This document shows positions 56,745 through 64,000 of a DNA stretch of 64,000 bases, in pieces. The DNA is taken from the IMG/VR virus record IMGVR_UViG_3300033153_013547, positions 62,001 to 126,000 of that record; one strand, given 5' to 3'. The notes below the pieces were generated by a model. It was given only the letters and a program-made list of their open reading frames with translations. It was not told where the DNA came from and did not search any database. Position 1 is the stretch's first letter, and the number at the start of each line of letters is the position of its first letter. The position numbers were made by a program, and so were the translations under genes.

Positions 56745-59108
56745 ATGATACAGGATATAAATATTGATCAACTGAACAACATGGCTGAAGCCTTGAAAAA
56801 TGGACTGGCCCAAACAACTGTGGGCTATGATGTTGCGTATTATGACGCACTCAACACACAACTTCTAAAGATAATTATGCACATGAAGTCCATCAACATC
56901 AATATATTTGACACAGAGCTAAATGCATGTATAAAATCTCACCCAGATCTTGTAACACATTATGAAGAACTCAATACTCAACTACGCCAAACATTAGATA
57001 AAATGATCGATAAACTAACAATGCCAACAAGTGTGGGCAAACACCACCCTGCTGGTTCTTCTCTGATTCAGGGTGAAATGGAGATAGTAGGCATCTTAGG
57101 TGAGATGTACCAGTTGTTTACATCTGCACCATTCCCACAAGCATTAAAGTTAGAAACATTTACTACAAGTGCCAGAACATTGTTGGTAAAACTCAAAAAT
57201 GTTTTGGGCAATGATCAACCCAATAGACAGGCAGCCAGCAATATAATAAATTATGACGAACCAGAGACACCTATAGATGGAAGCATTACCCCATCACCCA
57301 CTGGTCTTGATCCACTTGCAATAACAAGTGAAAATATAGAAGAAGATCTCATAGAAATCAAAGAAGAAATTCAAAGCAAGATGGAAGAAGACATAGAAAT
57401 AGTGGTTGGTGGACAAACACATTATAAAAACTATAACAACTATGGCACCCAGTCTTCAATAGAAAAAGTCTGGAATAAAGAGATCAATGATCTGGAAAAT
57501 TATGCTAAACATAGATTAGATAGTTTTGTAGACGGCTTTTTAGAACAAGCTCATCAATTTCAAAACGACTCTCTAAAGGCACTGTCAGGAGACACAACAA
57601 CTCCCCTAACAGGATTTGTAAAACGCTTGGGTCAAGACAATCTATACAACACATTCTTTGGCATCCATAAGAGTGTGGCTGATTTTGCAGGATTCTTAGC
57701 AGACAATATAAAACTAAATTCTTTGGCCACCCTGTGGAATTTATATCCTGAGATCACTTGTATTGTAAAATGGTTATTGGCCCAGGTTTGCATGAGCAAC
57801 AAGCCTATAGCAGACATAGATCAACATTGTGAAGTTTTAGACAAAATTGAACAAGCACTGGAACTGCTGTCATTGGGTTTGTCATTCAAAGGACTAGATA
57901 TAAGAAAAATACTTGATTCATTGATCAATGAACTTGCAGGTAAAGCTCTGGAAACAATTGTTTCTTTAGTTGGCAATATAATAGATACAATGATCAGTCA
58001 ATTAATTGATCAATTGCTTGACACGCTCAAAGTAGACGACAGGTGTTCACCACTAAAATGCGTTCCTTTCGATGATCTCATACATGAGATTTTAGATTTT
58101 GTAGAAGCCAAAAGAGACGATTTGATGCGGTGGATCTCTGATTTTTTAGCTAATCTGATAAATTATGACGAGTCTCAAAAACAATTATTATTAGTCATCA
58201 ATAAAAGCTCCAGATTCACCAAGCTCATTGAGCTCGTCAGGGAACTCAAAGAGCTATGTAGAGAATTGGCCAAGATTCTAAAGGCATCTCCTCAGCAATT
58301 ATTCAATCAATTTACAGACACAGCTCTTGGAGAACTTGATTCTCAATTAGAAGCTGAATTAGAAATAAAGGCAAAATCAACAGCCCTAAAAAACCTTGGA
58401 ATACCAGACGACAACATTGCTGGCCCAGAAACCACCCAAGCATCTAAAAATATAAAAACCACAGTTGATAATTATAATAATGCTAAGATGAAAAAAGAAG
58501 CTGCTGCCAAAATCATAGATGAAAAGAGAATATACGGAGAAGCGTCGTTGAAGATCAAAAGATATATTGATGAAGTAGACATAGATTCTGTTGGAATTGA
58601 TGCTAACATTGCTGCTGGCTATGTTTTGATTCCAGGCCTTGCTACTACCACAAAAGTTCCCGATGATATGATGGATTACTACAAAGCTGTCATAGAATAC
58701 AAAAGAATGAACAAAGAAATTTCCAAATATAGTGACGACATTCGAGATGCGGGCTTATCAACAGCATTTTTCAGTGGATTTAGCAAGGTTCTAACAACTA
58801 CTGGTAATGACAGAATATTTGATGGACAGAGATTTAGAAAAGCACCAGACACCAATTTCGATGGTTGTTTTTGTGGAAAACACACATATCGTTCACCCAT
58901 TGAAAATTCTATTCCTGCTCCCAGTGGAGAAACCCCACCACCAACAGGAACCATACCCCCAGATATCCTGAGAAAAACACCCAAGCCCGAAACTAATGGA
59001 ACTAATAATAATAAAGACACATATGTGTGTGAAGAAGATTTAGAAGCAGTGAGAAATGAAATAAAGCTTTTGATTGAGCAAATGTCTTTGGCACAAGGAG
59101 CCCACTAA
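56745..59108 (+). CDS. large helical hypothetical protein, probably head-associated
   Basis: 787 aa, between terL and portal. Confidence 0.75.
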   Translation: MIQDINIDQLNNMAEALKNGLAQTTVGYDVAYYDALNTQLLKIIMHMKSININIFDTELNACIKSHPDLVTHYEELNTQLRQTLDKMIDKLTMPTSVGKHHPAGSSLIQGEMEIVGILGEMYQLFTSAPFPQALKLETFTTSARTLLVKLKNVLGNDQPNRQAASNIINYDEPETPIDGSITPSPTGLDPLAITSENIEEDLIEIKEEIQSKMEEDIEIVVGGQTHYKNYNNYGTQSSIEKVWNKEINDLENYAKHRLDSFVDGFLEQAHQFQNDSLKALSGDTTTPLTGFVKRLGQDNLYNTFFGIHKSVADFAGFLADNIKLNSLATLWNLYPEITCIVKWLLAQVCMSNKPIADIDQHCEVLDKIEQALELLSLGLSFKGLDIRKILDSLINELAGKALETIVSLVGNIIDTMISQLIDQLLDTLKVDDRCSPLKCVPFDDLIHEILDFVEAKRDDLMRWISDFLANLINYDESQKQLLLVINKSSRFTKLIELVRELKELCRELAKILKASPQQLFNQFTDTALGELDSQLEAELEIKAKSTALKNLGIPDDNIAGPETTQASKNIKTTVDNYNNAKMKKEAAAKIIDEKRIYGEASLKIKRYIDEVDIDSVGIDANIAAGYVLIPGLATTTKVPDDMMDYYKAVIEYKRMNKEISKYSDDIRDAGLSTAFFSGFSKVLTTTGNDRIFDGQRFRKAPDTNFDGCFCGKHTYRSPIENSIPAPSGETPPPTGTIPPDILRKTPKPETNGTNNNKDTYVCEEDLEAVRNEIKLLIEQMSLAQGAH

Positions 59109-60535
59109 TGAGAATAAAATTTGATAACCAAGAAATCCATAGCAAGGAATCTGCTCCTATTTCTGCACTAATGAAACAACAAGGTCTTTCAACATACTCA
59201 CCTGTTCAAGCACCAACCAGAACCAATTATTACTACAGATATGCAGACTTTGGTCAAAATGTTTTGTCTTCTGTAAAAACAGAAAATGCATATATGAGAG
59301 ATTCTCGTCAGCTTGTAGAAGTTGATATGGCAATCTATCATGATTCATATGTTATGAGATCTGTTGAAGAACACATGAATCTTATGCTGAATGTCAGTGA
59401 ATATAACATCATTTCAGAAAATCCAAGATTGTTAAAATATGTTGATCAAAGATTTGATGCTACAATGACAACCATGGGAACCACAAGAACCCTGTGGTTT
59501 AGAAAATTAGCAGAGCACTTGATAAAATATCACAATATAATCATAGTCAAATCTAGGGTTTCTTCTGATAGAGCCAAACTCCGAGGATACAAATTACATA
59601 ACAACATGATCACTGTTGGATATCACATTGTGCATCCAGCATCTATTATGCCACAGTTTGATACTAAACGGGGCAATAAAATAGTCAAATGGTCTCATGG
59701 TGGAGAAAAGATAGATGTTTCCAGAGTCATCCACATTTCTGTTTCTCCAGACAATGTGGAGGGTGTATTTGGACTGCCATATATTATGGCAGCATCTCTA
59801 GATGTTAAGATGATGAGAGAACTTGAAGAATTAGATTATTCTATGATCTGGAGACACATCAATCCATTACTACTTTTCAAGATTGGCAGTGAAAAACACG
59901 AAATGGCTCGCGGAACACCCTCAGAAGTTGCAGATGTCAGAAGCAATATTGATAGAATGCCAGCCAATGGTTGGGTAGTTGGAACTGAAAGATGGAATGT
60001 TGAACCAGTCAACATGACAATAGGTGTTCCAGATATTATAGATCACCTACAATATTTTAGAAACAGAGCCATCACTGGTCTTAGGCTTGACCCCATCACC
60101 CTAGGTTTACAACCAGGTGGATCAGAAGGGACAATGTATAATCTTGAAAAGAAAAGATTTGCACAAGTCAAGGCCTATCAATCTGTAATCAAAACACTTG
60201 TGGAAGATATCATTCTCAAAGAATGGATGCTAGACATTGGTGTTATTGAAGATAATCCCCCTGTTCAGTTTCAGTGGAAAGAAGTAGATTTTGATAACAA
60301 AATAAAACAGGAAAATCATTACACCCAACTATTTTCCATGGGGGCAATCAGTCATGGAGAGCTTCGTCGATTATTGGGTAAAAAACAAGATTCTCCATTC
60401 AACAAGCAATATATTTGGGAAATTCAAAATAAGTTTAATGTCGATTTAGAATCTGCAAAAGCAACGCTCTCTAATGCAACAATGCCTGCTAACCAGGCGA
60501 AAAAGAAGGCTTCCCCAACAAAAGGCAGGAAATAA
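59108..60535 (+). CDS. portal protein
   Basis: 475 aa; VIHIS...VFGLPYI, P+LLFKIG, GAISHGELR; position between terL and protease. Confidence 0.78.
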   Translation: MRIKFDNQEIHSKESAPISALMKQQGLSTYSPVQAPTRTNYYYRYADFGQNVLSSVKTENAYMRDSRQLVEVDMAIYHDSYVMRSVEEHMNLMLNVSEYNIISENPRLLKYVDQRFDATMTTMGTTRTLWFRKLAEHLIKYHNIIIVKSRVSSDRAKLRGYKLHNNMITVGYHIVHPASIMPQFDTKRGNKIVKWSHGGEKIDVSRVIHISVSPDNVEGVFGLPYIMAASLDVKMMRELEELDYSMIWRHINPLLLFKIGSEKHEMARGTPSEVADVRSNIDRMPANGWVVGTERWNVEPVNMTIGVPDIIDHLQYFRNRAITGLRLDPITLGLQPGGSEGTMYNLEKKRFAQVKAYQSVIKTLVEDIILKEWMLDIGVIEDNPPVQFQWKEVDFDNKIKQENHYTQLFSMGAISHGELRRLLGKKQDSPFNKQYIWEIQNKFNVDLESAKATLSNATMPANQAKKKASPTKGRK

Positions 60536-60759
60536 AACCAGTGTTCAAGCCACTTAAAAATCAATGCAATGATTTATAACAGTGGCTATTTGTTTTTTAT
60601 GACAATACGTTACTAATAATAATACGATAGGGCTGGACAGACCCGAATCTGACGCCTGAGGAGATCCGATTGATCATTGAATCAGGAAATTGTGATAATC
60701 AACACAACGTGTCACAGAACGCTTAAGTAGTGTCATTTGGCATAGTAATACTAATCAAA

Positions 60760-61926
60760 ATGTATACAGAGAATTTTATTAGGGAGTTTGATCAAAGTAT
60801 CAAATTGTTTGGCATTGCATATCTGCCAGAAATGGCAACCACAGGCACTGCTGTTGTTCAAGACATGTATGCAGGTGGAAGTTTCAGTCCAATATTTGTG
60901 GAAAGCATAGCCAATAATAAATTTGATAAAACTCCAGAAGCAGTTCTTGATTGGGCAGAAAAAATTACCAAACAAATTGTTGCTGCTTTCCCTTATGATG
61001 GACCAAGAGTAATTCCTATAATCAGATCTATCAGAGCAGGCATGACCAGGAATCATAACATATACAGAGCCGAAACCCTGCGGGGTACTGGCAAAAAGGA
61101 TATGCAAGGCATTCCTGATGGCATCCTTTCATGGACTACCCCAACAGCAAAGCCTATGATCAAAAACCATGATACTCTTTCCAACGAGCACACTCAGGGC
61201 AGAATTAGGGCAGCCATGTATTGTGAAGAAGACTCTTCAGAATATCTGATAGCAGATATAACAGAAGCAACAGCAGTAGAGGCAGTCAAATCAGGTAGAT
61301 TAATTACAGGTTCCCGTGGAAGCAACGTAGCTGGTGTTCATTGTAATATTTGTGGCAAACCTATTGGCTGGGCTTGTGATGATCATGAACTTGGCTTACC
61401 ATATAAAAGTGAATTGAGCAAGAAAACAGAATTGGCTGGCAGACAATTTGACAACGTCTGGGCAATTGAATATTCTTCAACTCCAATTCCTGCAGACAGC
61501 TATTCAGGTATTGTAAAAGTGTTGGCTGAAAAAAACGGACTCATTGGTGCTAAGTCTTTAGATGATATCTTTAGATTCCCAGAGTCTACCATTACAGCAA
61601 CATCTACCATTGCTACTGTTGACAGCAATAAACAAACAACTACAATAGAAAAGACTAATAATAAAAAAGACACACAAGAAATCAATGAACTAATCGGCAG
61701 AATCAAGACGGTTATCTCTAATCATGATCGTATTCATGATCTTTACCAAAAACATGGGGCAACCTATTTGATCAATGATCATAAACATGTGGTTGCCAAG
61801 CTACAACAACTTGGTATTGAGCTAAGCAAACTGACGGGTAGTAGGTCGATATCCCTTCACAAGCTAAGAGATAACAAACTTGATGAAAGTCTGCCTGATT
61901 ACCTTACGATTACCTCAAAGGAGTAA
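60760..61926 (+). CDS. prohead maturation protease
   Basis: TRNHNIY, KPMIKNHD...GRI, TGSRGS..CNICG, EYSSTPIPAD. Confidence 0.72.
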   Translation: MYTENFIREFDQSIKLFGIAYLPEMATTGTAVVQDMYAGGSFSPIFVESIANNKFDKTPEAVLDWAEKITKQIVAAFPYDGPRVIPIIRSIRAGMTRNHNIYRAETLRGTGKKDMQGIPDGILSWTTPTAKPMIKNHDTLSNEHTQGRIRAAMYCEEDSSEYLIADITEATAVEAVKSGRLITGSRGSNVAGVHCNICGKPIGWACDDHELGLPYKSELSKKTELAGRQFDNVWAIEYSSTPIPADSYSGIVKVLAEKNGLIGAKSLDDIFRFPESTITATSTIATVDSNKQTTTIEKTNNKKDTQEINELIGRIKTVISNHDRIHDLYQKHGATYLINDHKHVVAKLQQLGIELSKLTGSRSISLHKLRDNKLDESLPDYLTITSKE

Positions 61927-61931
61927 CTAGT

Positions 61932-62600
61932 ATGAGAGACGAACTAGAACGTTTATTGGAATCTACGATACCAGAAACGCCTGAGGAAAAAGATAAGTTC
62001 ATTACTGACCTCAAAGAATGCATTTCTAAATTGATGGAGGAATCTAAAAAGTTAGAAAAGCAAAATGACACTAGTGATACAAGGATCACCGAGCTTGAGG
62101 AGGAAAAACTCAATCTTCAGTCACAATTTGAGGAAGTAACACAGGACTTAAAAAAAATCAAGGCAGAAACAACTGCTGAATTAGACAAACTGAAGGATGA
62201 GAATAGCGAATTGAGCGTAGAGGTCGATACGCTCAAGGAAAATTATTCTACACTTACAGAAGACTATCGTCAGCACTTGATTGATCAGGTTGTACATAAT
62301 AGGTTATCTATTATGTCAGTATCTGGTTCCTCAGATGAAGTAAGTAAAATAGCGACACAGATTCGTGACAAATTTGCAAAAGACACCATTGAAAGTTTGA
62401 AAGCGAGACTGGAAGAGCATCGTGTTGTTGTAGACAATATTGAGTTCAAGCTCAATGTTGAAAAAGATGAAATTTCTGACGACTTTCCTAGTGATCCATC
62501 AATCAATGATGAAACAGAGGAAGACGCGGAAGAAACCAAAGATCCTAAGTTCTGGGACCTAGAGAAAGATATTGGGATCCAAAACGAACAATCAAAATAA
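61932..62600 (+). CDS. capsid scaffold-like acidic coiled-coil protein
   Basis: Heptad-rich E/K sequence; follows the protease. Confidence 0.6.
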   Translation: MRDELERLLESTIPETPEEKDKFITDLKECISKLMEESKKLEKQNDTSDTRITELEEEKLNLQSQFEEVTQDLKKIKAETTAELDKLKDENSELSVEVDTLKENYSTLTEDYRQHLIDQVVHNRLSIMSVSGSSDEVSKIATQIRDKFAKDTIESLKARLEEHRVVVDNIEFKLNVEKDEISDDFPSDPSINDETEEDAEETKDPKFWDLEKDIGIQNEQSK

Positions 62601-62615
62601 AGGAGTGGGAAAAAC

Positions 62616-63965
62616 ATGCCTTTCATGCCAAGCCCAAACGAAAGATTCATTGAGCGCGATAGTGATGGAGTGCCGGTACGAACATGGTCTAAGCTTATGG
62701 CTGGTGACTATCACACGCTACCTCCTAATTACATACTCGACGCTCAGGCAATTCGTCAGGATTGGGCTGGGACTGCAACATCCATCAACGGCGCAGATGG
62801 CAACCCCTGGGCTTTTGTAGATCAATTTACGAATCTACATACAGACATATCTCAGGGAAGGGTCGTTGTGCCAAAGGGCTTCCCACTAATGCCCTCGGAA
62901 TTCAGTCTCAGCACAAGAACAGATAGATTTGCTGGAGATACAATTGATCAACTTAACTTAAATCGCCTTAGGTTAGCTAATTATACAGAAGATTCATTAG
63001 GCAATTATACTGGTAACACCCTTGGTGTAGCAGTCAAAGACTACTACATGCCAGTTTATGCGCGTGCACTGTCAGAACCAATTGCTGTAGTTGATAGAGC
63101 GGTTATTGAAATTCCATTTTATCAAAGCGATTTGACAACAGGTGGACGTGAATTAGCAAGATTAGTAACTCGTATTACAGCTCTTGCTAAAAACGCTGGC
63201 ACTGATGCAGATATTGCCGTTGGAGATTATGTAACAGTTGGCGCAGGAGCAGACCGTGGTCGTTTCATCAATATTGGTGCTAGTAATGCTAATTCTGATG
63301 TTGTGGGACAGATTATAGCTATTGAAACCGTAGATGTTGAAGGGGGCATTCGTGGATGGATGCAAAACAAACAGTTTGATCCATTTTACATGTTCCGTGA
63401 AGGCACATGGTATACGGATTGGGACACCGCAGAGACATTTACATATCCAACAGATTACAACGCTGACTACGTAATGCCTCCGTATTCATGGTTTGGAAGA
63501 GGCCTCACCGGTCTTACTGATGGTGGTGAATACCGCTTAACAATAACAGATACGGCAACATTCACGGTGCCGAATCCCGCCGTCCAGGACTATGAACTCG
63601 ATCTAGGTGCCTATGCCGCAACATTCGGCGCAGCCAAGATCGTTCGTGCGGATGGAACAGTAGTTACAGCAACAAACGCATTTACCACTGCTGACGTTAC
63701 TATCGTGTCAGTCACCAACGATGGTGTTGACGACCTAGTAGCAGGCACGTGGACGGTATCAGCCGTAGATGACACTACGATTGATTCTGATTACGCACAG
63801 CATATAAATGTTACATTCAACCGTGGCGCCGGAAATCCCGGAGTCGGTAATGAGATCGTGGTCGAGTTCTCATTTGTAGCAAAAGGTCAGCATACTGGTC
63901 TGCCGGTAAGCCTAGATAGTGCTACTGTCGTTGGCATTGCTCAGGTCAAGCTGACGCTTTCTTAA
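62616..63965 (+). CDS. capsid-associated/head decoration protein
   Basis: Follows scaffold; strong SD; next gene starts at 63997 with TAAGGAG (possibly the major capsid protein). Confidence 0.55.
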   Translation: MPFMPSPNERFIERDSDGVPVRTWSKLMAGDYHTLPPNYILDAQAIRQDWAGTATSINGADGNPWAFVDQFTNLHTDISQGRVVVPKGFPLMPSEFSLSTRTDRFAGDTIDQLNLNRLRLANYTEDSLGNYTGNTLGVAVKDYYMPVYARALSEPIAVVDRAVIEIPFYQSDLTTGGRELARLVTRITALAKNAGTDADIAVGDYVTVGAGADRGRFINIGASNANSDVVGQIIAIETVDVEGGIRGWMQNKQFDPFYMFREGTWYTDWDTAETFTYPTDYNADYVMPPYSWFGRGLTGLTDGGEYRLTITDTATFTVPNPAVQDYELDLGAYAATFGAAKIVRADGTVVTATNAFTTADVTIVSVTNDGVDDLVAGTWTVSAVDDTTIDSDYAQHINVTFNRGAGNPGVGNEIVVEFSFVAKGQHTGLPVSLDSATVVGIAQVKLTLS

Positions 63966-64000
63966 TGCGCCAATAAATTACTAAGGAGCAATAAAAATGG

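Noticed and set aside
60536-60759. ncRNA or CRP-like site (TGTGA-N6-ACACA) between portal and protease; similar motif near 47961
   Set aside because: Only two imperfect matches and no covariation evidence
62616-63965. Calling this the major capsid protein
   Set aside because: No recognisable HK97-fold motifs; the gene starting at 63997 is as likely to be the MCP
1-64000. tRNA/rRNA genes
   Set aside because: No cloverleaf with T-loop consensus or rRNA-like segment noticed by eye; tRNAscan-SE would be needed to exclude them

Overview
A 64 kb segment of a large tailed dsDNA bacteriophage genome. The left third (1-20.9 kb, minus strand) is an early/accessory region. It holds a family of small paralogous ORFs, a palindrome-rich non-coding block (3.2-4.1 kb), an RNAP alpha-CTD-like protein and a 919-aa candidate single-subunit two-barrel RNA polymerase (DNDGD motif). 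It ends in an ~8.8 kb gene-cassette array (12.05-20.85 kb). Twelve copies of a modular intergenic element separate the cassettes; each reads as an H-type pseudoknot, one or two hairpins and a Shine-Dalgarno, with compensatory base changes between copies. Most of the other spacers contain sequence-unrelated pseudoknots. The cargo looks like an anti-defence toolkit: macrodomain plus NADAR, two Csx16-like ring-nuclease genes (one a tandem two-domain fusion), SLOG, DUF1848, DUF4326 and acidic mini-proteins. The middle carries PhoH, a ~13 kb nucleotide-sugar/glycosyltransferase island and an intein-split class II ribonucleotide reductase. The right end is the virion/packaging module: structural proteins, intein-containing terminase large subunit, portal, prohead protease, scaffold and a capsid-associated protein. 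All family calls come from motif recognition by eye, with no database search.
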